NCBI GenBank assembly: GCA_046597055.1
Contig: JBKJLC010000221.1
Span: forward strand, 1 to 26,976
Length of the DNA stretch: 26,976 nt
Reading direction: 5' to 3'
Source: Kofleriaceae bacterium
GTDB lineage: Bacteria; Myxococcota_A; Polyangia; Haliangiales; Haliangiaceae
Every line of letters starts with the position of its first letter. Within the stretch, counting starts at the first letter, position 1. This document shows, in pieces, positions 7,993 to 19,200 of the stretch. Under the pieces are notes generated by a model that searched no databases, was not told the origin of the DNA, and saw nothing but the letters and a program-made list of their open reading frames with translations. Both the position numbers and the translations under genes were made by a program.

Positions 7993-10217
7993 CGTCCGCC
8001 TGCCGGCTGGGGCAGCAGCGTCACCGCCCGGTCGATCGTCTCCTTCTTCGGCGCCGCCGACAGCGGCAGCCGCGGATCGCCGCCCGCCCGCCACTCCTCG
8101 GCGGAGACCCGCACGAACTCCGGCAAGAAGCCGTCCTTGGCGACCTTGAGCTCGTAGTCGCGCCCGGCCTCGATGCCGGTCAGCGACATCGAGTTGGTCT
8201 GCCCGACCAGCAGCCAGACGGCGGCGCCGGCCGGCATGGTCACCGCGTGCAGGGTGCCCGAGCCCTCGGCCAGTCCGGCCAGGTCGCTCGCCGGCGGCGC
8301 GGCCGGCAACCCCGGCAGCGGCTTCGTCGGCGTGCCGGCCTGGAGCGTGACCTCGATCGCCGCGCGCCGCGCATCCTTGGGCCCGCTCCATTCGGCGCCG
8401 CCGACTCGCACGTCCTGCGCCACGTGGCCCTCGCGCTCGACCCGCAGCTCCCAGACGTTCTCGGTCGACAGCGGGATCGAGTCGAACGGCGTGCGCCCGA
8501 GCAGGAGCCAGACCGCGGCGCCATCGGGGGTCGATCGGATCGCGATGGTGCCCGGATCGGCCTGCTCGGCGCGCAGCCGGCGCTCGAGCACGGCCGCGGC
8601 CTCGGCCTTGGCGTCGCGATCGCGCGCCTCGCGGGCCTGGAGGTCCTGGCGCTCCTCGCCCTGCCGCAGGAGCGCGAGGACCAGCGCGGTCGCGCCGGCG
8701 GCCACGACCAGCAGGCCGATCCACGTCCACACCGGGCTGCGGCCGAGCCGCGGCGGGTCGAGCACCGCGACCTCCTCGGTCGCTGGCGCGGCGCGACGGA
8801 CCGGCGCGGGCCTGGGGGCCGCGGCCGGCGCGGGCGCGGCGGCCACCGGCTCGTCGTCGGCATCGGGGCGCGAGGTGGCCCGGGTGGCGGCGCCAGCCCG
8901 CGGCCGGGTCGCCTCGACCAGGCGCGACGGCGCGGTCGACAGCTCGGGCCGTCGCATCGGGCGCGGCGCCGAGCCCTCGCGGGTCATCGTGCCCGGTTCG
9001 TCCGGCTGCGGCGGTGGCAGCGGGGTGTGCTCCGGGTCGATCGCGTAGCTGCCGTCCACGACGTTGGTCGGCTCGCGATCGGACTCGAGCTCGATCAGCT
9101 CGGAGATCGGATCGCGCGCGGCCTGCCCGCCCGGCGCGTCGACCATGGTGTGCGGTCCGTCGATGCTGCCATCGCCGGTGTCCTCGAGCTCCGACAGGAT
9201 CGAGTCGAGTCCGCCCGTGCGCGACCGGGTCCGGGGTGGCGCCACCGCCATCACGTCGAGCCGGCGGGCGGCACCGGCGCTGCCCGCGCCCGGCTCGGAC
9301 CGGGGCCGGGTGACCTCGACCGAGCCGCCCAGGCTGGCCAGCAGATCCTCGGTGGCGGCGTCGAGGCTCTGCTCGACCGGCGCGCGCGGGCCGACGAAAC
9401 GCGCGACCTCGTCGGCGGTCGCGATCTCCCAGCGATCGTCGTCGATCGCCTCGGCGAAGCTCTCCTGCAGCGAGGTCGCGTCGCCGAACCGGCGGGCCAG
9501 ATCGGGGTCGAGCGCGCGCTGGACCAGGCGCTCGATCGCCGGGGTGGTGTGGAGCGAGCCGGGCGGCGCCGCGCCGGTCAGCAGCATGTACAGCAGCGCG
9601 CCGGCCGCGTAGACGTCGGAGGCCGGCCCCGGCGGCTCGCCCTGCGCCACCTCGGGCGGCAGGTAGCCCGCGAGCTCGGTCAGCGGCATGGCGACGGACC
9701 CGGCGGCCCCCGCGGTGGCTGCGGCGAGGCCGACCGCGAAGTCGGTCAGCCGCACCACGCCGTGCTGATCGATCAGCACGCTGCGCGGGTGGACCGCGCC
9801 GTGGACAACCCAGCCCGCGTGCGCGGTCGCCAGCGCATCGATCACCGAGCGCGCGATCGCGGCGGCGATCCGGGGCGGCGTCTTGCTGGCCTGGGTCCGC
9901 GGGTCGCTCAGCACCTCGGCCAGCGTGATCGCGCCGCTGACGCCCTCGGTCACGACGACCAGGTGGGCCCCGTCGCGGACCACCAGCAAGGTGGTGACCA
10001 CCGCAGGATGGCGAAGGGCGTCGACCACCGGGCCGGCCACGCGGCCGAGCGCGACTCCGAACGGCCCGGCCGCCGCCAGCCGCGGCGTGACGATCCGCAG
10101 GCGCACGTCGGTCCGGCCGTCACCGCTCGCCCGGTAAATCTCACCATAGATGTCCTGCCCGAGTCGCTCGCCGAGCGTGAAGCCGGCCAGCGCGCGGACA
10201 CCCGACGGGCGAACCAC
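7989..10217 (-). CDS. Membrane-anchored Ser/Thr kinase-like protein (pseudokinase) with C-terminal PEGA-like domains
   Basis: Hanks-type fold: FTLGERLG, LRHPAVV, VHGAVHPRSVLI, LTDFAVG, YLPPEV, SDVYAAGALLYMLLTG. Then a Pro/Asp-rich linker, a TM helix WTWIGLLVVAAGATALVLALL, and two PEGA-like units (IRSTPDGAAVWLLLGRTP; VTMPAGAAVWLLVGQT). The GTG 10217 start is inferred from the TATAGT box 7 nt upstream. Confidence 0.85.
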   Translation of the reverse strand: MVRPSGVRALAGFTLGERLGQDIYGEIYRASGDGRTDVRLRIVTPRLAAAGPFGVALGRVAGPVVDALRHPAVVTTLLVVRDGAHLVVVTEGVSGAITLAEVLSDPRTQASKTPPRIAAAIARSVIDALATAHAGWVVHGAVHPRSVLIDQHGVVRLTDFAVGLAAATAGAAGSVAMPLTELAGYLPPEVAQGEPPGPASDVYAAGALLYMLLTGAAPPGSLHTTPAIERLVQRALDPDLARRFGDATSLQESFAEAIDDDRWEIATADEVARFVGPRAPVEQSLDAATEDLLASLGGSVEVTRPRSEPGAGSAGAARRLDVMAVAPPRTRSRTGGLDSILSELEDTGDGSIDGPHTMVDAPGGQAARDPISELIELESDREPTNVVDGSYAIDPEHTPLPPPQPDEPGTMTREGSAPRPMRRPELSTAPSRLVEATRPRAGAATRATSRPDADDEPVAAAPAPAAAPRPAPVRRAAPATEEVAVLDPPRLGRSPVWTWIGLLVVAAGATALVLALLRQGEERQDLQAREARDRDAKAEAAAVLERRLRAEQADPGTIAIRSTPDGAAVWLLLGRTPFDSIPLSTENVWELRVEREGHVAQDVRVGGAEWSGPKDARRAAIEVTLQAGTPTKPLPGLPAAPPASDLAGLAEGSGTLHAVTMPAGAAVWLLVGQTNSMSLTGIEAGRDYELKVAKDGFLPEFVRVSAEEWRAGGDPRLPLSAAPKKETIDRAVTLLPQPAGGR

Positions 10218-10265
10218 GAGGGCGACTATATCGCACCCGGTGAACCGTGCTAAACGCGAGGCGCC
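10218..10265. promoter_or_regulatory. Compact divergent promoter region (pseudokinase operon / asnS)
   Basis: 48-bp gap. The minus strand has TATAGT (10230-10225) 7 nt before GTG 10217. The plus strand has TGCTAAACG (10248-10256) 9 nt before ATG 10266. Confidence 0.5.
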
Positions 10266-11662
<1,397 letters not shown>

Positions 11663-11663
<1 letters not shown>

Positions 11664-12232
11664 TGGAGGCGGCGCGCGGCTGGCTCGACGCGGTCGAGGC
11701 CGCGCTGGTCGCGCGCGCGCTCGGCCGTCCGGTGCCCGCGCTCGCGCTGTCAGCCGACCAGGCGGCGGCCGGGATCGCCGCGGTCGCCGCCAAGTTCCTC
11801 GCGGTCGGCACCCCGCGCACGCTCGCGCTGGTCGGCCTCGGCGAGCTCGCGCCGATGGTGGTCGCGAGCCAGCGCGCCTACGCGGCGCCCCGCGAGCTGC
11901 GGGTGTTCGAGGCGGTGCCGGTCACCGCCGCGCGGGTCGCCGAGCAGGTCGGCGGTCGGGTGGTGTCGCTCGCGGTCGCGTGCGCCGCCGACATCGTGGT
12001 CGCGCGCGGGCCGGTGGCGCTGCGCCGCGAGTGGTTTCGCTCGGGCACCCACGTGACCGCGCTCGACCCGGGCGTGGTGTGCGACCCGGCGCTGCTGGCG
12101 GCGTCGATGGTCTACGCCGACGGTGAGGTCCCGGCCGGGGTCACCGTGCACGCGACCCTGGCCGCGGTCGCCGCCGGCCTGGTCGATGGCCGCCAGCTCG
12201 ACGAGTTGACCGTCCTGCTCGTCGCCGGTTGA
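11663..12232 (+). CDS. Ornithine cyclodeaminase/mu-crystallin-like protein, essentially the Rossmann domain only
   Basis: TGATG overlap with asnS. AAVAAKFLA, TLALVGLGELA, ADIVV, EWFRSGTHVTAL and TLAAVAAGLVDGRQLDELTV resemble the OCD C-terminal half. Only 189 aa. Confidence 0.7.
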
Positions 12233-12244
12233 GCAGCCCGCGCG

Positions 12245-12286
12245 CGCTGAAGGGGTGTCGATCAGAGCCTCGACACCGCTTCAGCG
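12245..12286. terminator. Hairpin between convergent genes, possible bidirectional terminator
   Basis: 17-bp inverted repeat CGCTGAAGGGGTGTCGA / TCGACACCGCTTCAGCG with one mismatch and an 8-nt loop. No T tract. Confidence 0.45.
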
Positions 12287-12517
12287 GATCGCGATCACGA
12301 CCTTGCCGCGGGCCCGCTTGGTCTCGCGGTACGCGTGGGCCGCGCTGGCGTCGGCGAGCGGGAACACCCGGTCGACCGCGGGCCGGATGTCCTTGGGGTT
12401 GAGCGCCATCGCGTGGACCCGGACCCGCAGCTCGCCGCGGCCGGCGACCGGCGCCGGCTACTCGCCGATCAGCAAGACCTCGGGCGAGCCGAACCGCTGG
12501 TAGTAGGAGGCGCGCAT
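12281..12517 (-). pseudogene. Collapsed MDR-family (quinone oxidoreductase / alcohol dehydrogenase-like) pseudogene
   Basis: Manual translation from ATG 12517: MRASYYQRFGSPEVLLIGE*PAPVAGRGELRVRVHAMALNPKD-IRPAVDRVFPLADASAAHAYRETKRARGKVVIAIR*. A typical MDR N-terminus is joined directly to a typical MDR C-terminus, with an in-frame TAG at 12460-12458. Confidence 0.85.
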
Positions 12518-12563
12518 CGGCCCTGACCATGCGGGCCCCGCGCCGTCCGCGCAACCGCGGAGG

Positions 12564-13313
12564 TCACAGCCGCTGGCAGCCGCGGAAGACGCGGCGCTCG
12601 CGCCGCAGCGCCGAGGTCGCCATCTTGAGGTGGTTGATGAGGGTCGGGAACCGGTCGACGTCGGCCGCGTCGAGGCTCTCGGTGCAAAAGAAGATCGCGA
12701 TCACCAGCGTGCCGTCGATGTAGGCGCCGCCCATCCCGAACACGGTGCGGATCGCGTGGGCCTTGACGAAGTCGCGCGAGGGGATCACCGCGCGGCCGAG
12801 CTCGTCGACCGCGTTGTCGGCGTCGGCCACGTAGAACCGGCCGTTGATGCCGCCCAGCATCTTGCGGGTCGCCACCGCGCGATCGCTGGCGAGCAGGCCA
12901 CAGTCGACGCCAAGATCGCCGAGCAGCCGCGCGATCATGGGCGCGCCGTCGACCATCTCGCGATCGATCAGCGGGATGGCCAGGTGCCCGTCCGAGCGCA
13001 GGCGGTCGTTCCAGGCTGGCAGGTCGCCGCGAGTGCCAACCAGGGTCAGCACCGGGCTGGTGGGGACCAGCCGGCTGGCCGCCCCCAGCCGCGCCGCCAG
13101 CGCGGTCGCGAACGCGGCCTCGCGGGGCGGCAACTCGGCCAGCGGCAGCACCAGGAACACCCGGGCCAGCACGATCGACGGGTACGCGCCCTTCATCAGC
13201 TCGGCGAACCGCCCGGCGGCATCCTCGACCGTGGCGGCGCCGGTCAGGCGCGCATCGACGTTCGCGCGCAGCGCGGCGACGTCGGGCCAGGTGGTCTCGC
13301 GCAGCCTCGGCAC
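12564..13313 (-). CDS. Hypothetical protein, possibly GAF-like fold
   Basis: Globular, coding-like composition (WNDRLRSDGHLAIPL, VIPSRDFVKAHAIRTVFGMGG). The GTG 13313 start is inferred; the ORF is open to 13370. Confidence 0.7.
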   Translation of the reverse strand: MPRLRETTWPDVAALRANVDARLTGAATVEDAAGRFAELMKGAYPSIVLARVFLVLPLAELPPREAAFATALAARLGAASRLVPTSPVLTLVGTRGDLPAWNDRLRSDGHLAIPLIDREMVDGAPMIARLLGDLGVDCGLLASDRAVATRKMLGGINGRFYVADADNAVDELGRAVIPSRDFVKAHAIRTVFGMGGAYIDGTLVIAIFFCTESLDAADVDRFPTLINHLKMATSALRRERRVFRGCQRL

Positions 13314-13385
13314 GCCCAAGCGGAGCACGATCGGCGCGCGCGAGCCACCCGCGCGGGTCGCGAGTTGCAACCCGGCGTGGCCCGG

Positions 13386-14411
<1,026 letters not shown>

Positions 14412-14459
14412 GGGAAACCGAGCCTACCCGATGCGCGCGACTCCGGTACCGTCGGGCCC
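14412..14459. promoter_or_regulatory. Compact divergent promoter region (aldo/keto reductase / HAD phosphatase)
   Basis: 48-bp gap. The minus strand has TAGGCT (14426-14421) 9 nt before ATG 14411. The plus strand has TACCGT (14447-14452) 7 nt before GTG 14460. No SD on either side. Confidence 0.5.
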
Positions 14460-15110
14460 GTGGCGACGATCCAGGCAGTCATCTTCGACCTCGACGGCAC
14501 CCTGGTCGACAGCCTCGACGACATCGCGGACGCGCTCGGCGCCGCCCTGGCCGACGCTGGCCTGCCCCGACCCGAGCGCGACGTCGTCCGCGGCTGGATC
14601 GGCGACGGCGCCCGCAGCCTGGTCGCCCACGCGGTCGGCGGCCGCGCCGACGTCGAGGTCGTGCTGGCCAGCTTCCGGGCGCACTACCGGGCCGCGCCCG
14701 TGGTGCACACCCACCTCTACGCCGGCCTCGGCGCCGCGCTCGACGTGCTGGCCGCGCCCGGTCGCGCGTTCGCGATCCTGTCGAACAAGCCCGACGAGCT
14801 GACCCGCGTGGTCGCCGCGCGCCTGCTCGGGGCCTGGCCGTTCGCGGCGGTGTTCGGCCAGCGCGCCGGCGTGCCGCTGAAGCCGGATCCGACCGCGGCG
14901 CTGGCCACCGCCGACGCGCTCGGGGTCGCGCCCGCGCGGTGCGCCTTCGTCGGCGACTCGGCGGTCGACATCGCGACCGCCCGGTCGGCCGGCATGCGCG
15001 CGATCGCGGTGAGCTGGGGCTTCCGGCCGCGCGCCGAGCTGGCCTCGGCCGGCCCCGATGCCCTGATCGACCGCCCGGCCGATCTACCGGCGGCGGTGTC
15101 CCTGCCGTGA
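14460..15110 (+). CDS. HAD-family phosphatase, phosphoglycolate phosphatase-like
   Basis: Motif I FDLDGTLVDS, motif II LSNKP, motif III KPDP, motif IV VGDSAVD, and VSWGFR. 216 aa from GTG 14460. Confidence 0.92.
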   Translation: MATIQAVIFDLDGTLVDSLDDIADALGAALADAGLPRPERDVVRGWIGDGARSLVAHAVGGRADVEVVLASFRAHYRAAPVVHTHLYAGLGAALDVLAAPGRAFAILSNKPDELTRVVAARLLGAWPFAAVFGQRAGVPLKPDPTAALATADALGVAPARCAFVGDSAVDIATARSAGMRAIAVSWGFRPRAELASAGPDALIDRPADLPAAVSLP

Positions 15111-15224
15111 CGGGCGGCAACCGGGCGGCAACCGCGTGCCGAACGTGCGCCCGGCCGCGCGCCGTGACCAAACGATGACCGAGCGCTGATTACCTCTGAC
15201 CGGCCCGGGCGCTATCTCACCGGG

Positions 15225-16148
15225 ATGCACACCGCACGCGCAGCGCAGGCCGCGGGCTGGCGCGCCATCTACTTCAACCGGTCGTCGATCGCCTACTGGG
15301 GCGTCCACATCGGTGCCGTCGCCGGCGTGATCGCACTCGGGTTCTCGTGGACCGGGCTGGCGTGGGCCATCGGCCTTTACGCGCTTCGCCTGTTCTTCGT
15401 GACCGGCGTGTACCACCGGTACTTCTCCCACCGCGCCTACAAGACCTCGCGCCCGATGCAGTTCCTGCTCGCGCTCGGCGCGACCGCCACCGCGCAGAAG
15501 GGTGTCCTGTGGTGGGCCGCGCACCACCGCCGGCACCACCAGGCGTCCGACACCGAAGGCGATCTCCACTCGCCGTTCCACGGCGGGTTCTGGTGGTCGC
15601 ACATGGGCTGGATCATGGCCCGCGACTTCGAGGGCGCTGAGCTCGATCGGATCAAGGACTTCGCCAGGTACCCCGAGCTGCGCTGGATCGATCGCTGGTG
15701 GGTCCTGCCCCCGATCGCCGCCGGCGTGCTGGCCTACCTGATCGGTGGCTGGTTCGGCCTGGTCTGGGCGTTCGCGCTGCCGCAGATGCTGGCCTGGCAC
15801 GGCACCTTCACCATCAACTCGCTCTCGCACCTCTGGGGCGCCCGCCGCTACCAGACCACCGACGACTCGCGCAACAACCCGGTGCTGGCGCTGATCACCC
15901 TCGGCGAGGGCTGGCACAACAATCACCATCATTATCAGTCGGCGGCGCGCTCGGGATTCTTCTGGTGGGAGCTCGACATCACCTACTACGTGCTGCGGAC
16001 GATGGCCGCGGTCGGGCTGGTCTGGGATCTGCGGGAGGTCCCCGAGCACGTCCGCGCCGGCCGCCGCAAGAACGAGCGGCCGGTGAGGGTCACGCGCCAC
16101 GACGACGCGCCGGCCGGCCTGTCGGTGGGCGCGCCCGATCCGTCCTGA
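15225..16148 (+). CDS. Membrane delta-9-type fatty acid (acyl-CoA) desaturase
   Basis: Three His boxes (YHRYFSHR, HHRRHH, GEGWHNNHH), INSLSH, and hydrophobic TM segments. Confidence 0.93.
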   Translation: MHTARAAQAAGWRAIYFNRSSIAYWGVHIGAVAGVIALGFSWTGLAWAIGLYALRLFFVTGVYHRYFSHRAYKTSRPMQFLLALGATATAQKGVLWWAAHHRRHHQASDTEGDLHSPFHGGFWWSHMGWIMARDFEGAELDRIKDFARYPELRWIDRWWVLPPIAAGVLAYLIGGWFGLVWAFALPQMLAWHGTFTINSLSHLWGARRYQTTDDSRNNPVLALITLGEGWHNNHHHYQSAARSGFFWWELDITYYVLRTMAAVGLVWDLREVPEHVRAGRRKNERPVRVTRHDDAPAGLSVGAPDPS

Positions 16149-16217
16149 CCGGTCGCGCTTCCGCGCGCCGTGCCTCGGACACGGCGCGGATGGCGGTGTT
16201 ACGCTGCGCTCCGCCTC

Positions 16218-19200
16218 GTGAGTCAGCGCCACGACGACACCCCGACCCGGCCGACGCCCTTCGCGGTCGCCGACGTCGACGCGTTCCGCAAGGATCCTCG
16301 CGACGAGCGTCGCTTCGCCACGTTGCGCCAGGCGCTGCGCGACGGCGGCCAGGGCGCCGCGCTCGCCGACGTGTGCGAGCTGCGCGCGCCGTTCGAGCCC
16401 AACCCGACCCGGGCCGCCGAGATCTGGGCCGAGGCCGGCGAGGCCCGCGCGGTGCTCGGTCAGGTCACGCTGGCCGAACGCGATCTGCGCGCCGCGGTCG
16501 CGCTCGAGCCTGCCAACGAGCGGGCTTGCGCGCGGCTGGTCGAGATGTTCTTCACCGCCGGCAAGTTCGCCGAGGCCGGCGACATCCTCGAGGGCGAGCT
16601 GGCCGAGCTGGCCCGCCGCGCCGAGGCCCCAGCCCCAACGCCGATCCCGCGATCGGCCGCGAGCCCCAGCGACAAGGCCAGCCTGGTCCGCCGCGCGCAC
16701 CGCCACCGGATGGCGGCCCAGGTCTGGGACGAGCACCTGGGCCGGGTCGACCGCGCGCTCTACCACTGGCAGCAGGCGTGGCGGCTCGAGCCCGAGCGCA
16801 CCGACGCGCTGGCCGCGGCGCGCACGCTGTATGCGTCGCTCGGCGACGACGCGATGGTCGCCACCCTGTACCGCGCCGAGCTCGATGTGCTCGGCGACAA
16901 GGCGCCGCCGATCGGCCGGGCCCAGCTGTGGCTCGCGCTCGGCAAGATCGAGCTGCGGCGCGGCGATGCCGCGGCCGCGGCCGCCGCGCTCGAGCAGGCG
17001 CTGCGGCTGGACCCGGGCGCCGCCAGCGCGCGCGAGGTGCTGGCCGAGGTCTACGCGTCGCCGGCGCTGGCCGAGGCCAGCGAGGATCCTGGCGCCGGGG
17101 CCCGCAAGGCCGGCGCGATCTACATCGAGCTCGGCAAGGCCGCGCTCGGCCGCGGCGACCTCGAGCACGGCCTGATCTTCCTGCGCCGCGCGGTCGGCAT
17201 CGATCCGTTCGACCCGGGCGCGACCGCCGAGCTCGAGCAGGCGCTGCGCGCCGCTGGCAAGTGGGAGGAGCTCGAGCGGGTCCTGGCCCAGCGCATCTCG
17301 CTCACCGAGGACGAGGCCGAGCGGGTCGAGCTGCTCACCCGCAAGATCGAGCTGCACGAGCGCGAGCGACCCGACCGCGCCGCGCTGATCGCCGCGCTGG
17401 GCGAGCTGTCGCTGCACCAGCCGCCGCACGGCCCGGCCGCGACCCGGCTGCGCCAGCTCCTGCGCGAGGACCAGCGCTGGGCCGAGCTAGCCGCGCTGAT
17501 CGAGCGCGACCTCGCCGGCCATGCCGACGATCTCCAGGCCCAGGTCGCCGAGACCCTCGAGCTGGCCGCGCTCACCCGCGAGCACCTCGGCGAGAAGGAC
17601 CGCTCGGCCGAGCTGCTGCACCAGGCGTTGTCGCTGGATCCATCCAACGAGGACGCGCTGGCCCGCTACGTCGATCACTTCCGCGAGCGCCGCGACTTCC
17701 GCGGCCTGGCCGATCTGTACGAGTTCTCGCTCGAGAACGCGCGCGAGTCCGGCTCGCAGCCGGCCGATCTGGTCCGCCGCCTGGAGGAGATCGCGCAGAT
17801 CTGCGAGCTGCGCCTGGGCGACGTGCCGCGCGCACTCGACGCCTGGCGCCGCATCGAGGAGATCGAGCCGGGCAGCCCCAAGGCCCGCGAGGCGGTGCGC
17901 CGGCTGTCGGCGCGCGCCAAGATGTGGGAGCAGCTGGTCGCGGTGCTCGACGGCGAGGCCCAGGCCGCGGCGTCGTCGAGCGAACGGGCCGGCACCCTGC
18001 GCCGGATCGCCCAGACCTACCGCGAGCGCCAGGTCGAGCCGCGCCGCGCGATCGCGCTGTACGAGGAGGTCATCGAGCTCAGCCCCAATGACGACGGCGC
18101 GCTCAAGGCGCTAGCCGAGCTGTACGAGCGCGAGAACGACGACACCGGGCTGGCCCGCACGCTGCGTCGCCAGCTCGAGCTCGACAACCGCCGGCTCGCC
18201 GCCGAGATGGCCGCCGCCGGCAAGCCCGCGACCGCCGCCCGCGAGTGGCCGGTCGGCAAGCGGGTCGAGCGCCTGACCGTGCTGCGCCGCCTCGGCGGCA
18301 TGTGCGAGCACCGCCTGGCCGACGCCGACGGCGTGGTGTTCGCGTGCGGCGGCATCCTCGAGATCCTGCCCGGCGACCGCGACGCGCTCGACCGCATGGA
18401 GCGGGTGCTCGAGCAGGCCGGCGATCTCGAGCGGCTCGAGCAGACGCTCGAGTACCACGCGGCCTCGGCGACCGGCCCGGCCGAGCGGGCCCGGGTCCAC
18501 CGCCGCCTGGCCAAGATGGCGGCCGACGCCGGCCACGACACCCGTGCGCTCGAGCGCTGGGAGCAGGCGCTCAAAGCGGCGCCGACCGACGAGGAGATCC
18601 TCGCCGCGGTCGCCGATCTGTACGAGAAGGCCCACCGGTTCGGCGAGCTGGCCAGCGCGCTCGAGCGGCTCGACGCGGTTCGCTACCCGTCGACCACCGC
18701 GCCGCCGGCGCCCGGCTCGGCCCCGGCTGCGTTGCGCGCCCGCGATCTCACCCGCTACGCCCGCATCGTCGACGACAAGCTCGGCGACGGCCAGCGCGCG
18801 ATCAAGGCATGGGAGCGGCTGCGCGACGCAACCCCGCGCGACCGCGCGGCGCTCGACGCGCTGGCCCGCCTGTACCGCGGCGCGGCCCGCTACCGCGAGC
18901 TGGCTGAGCTGCTCGCGGTCCACGTCGAGGTGTTCGCGGTCGATGACGTGGCCCGCGCCACCGCCGCCGCCCGCGAGCGCGCGACCGTGCTCGCCGAGCG
19001 GCTGGGCGCGACCGAGGACGCGATCCGCCAGCTCGAGCGGCTGGTCGCCGAGCTCGACCCGACCGACCTCGACGCCCACACCATGCTGCGCCGCCTGCAC
19101 GAGGTGCGCGGCGACTACCAGGCCGCGGTCAAGGTCGCCGAGCGCGAGCTGTACCTGGTCGCCGAGCCGGCCGCCAAGATCGTGCGCGCCCTCGAGATCG

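Noticed and set aside
7993..8730. N-terminal extensions in the ORF track (6628-8730, 1845-3503, 10247-12232, 12630-15110, 25058-26704, 4752-5417)
   Set aside because: The extensions overlap neighbouring real genes, and homology-like sequence begins only at the internal starts reported.
12458..12460. Pyrrolysine or readthrough TAG
   Set aside because: The gene has also lost most of its body and no pyl genes are visible, so decay is the simpler explanation.
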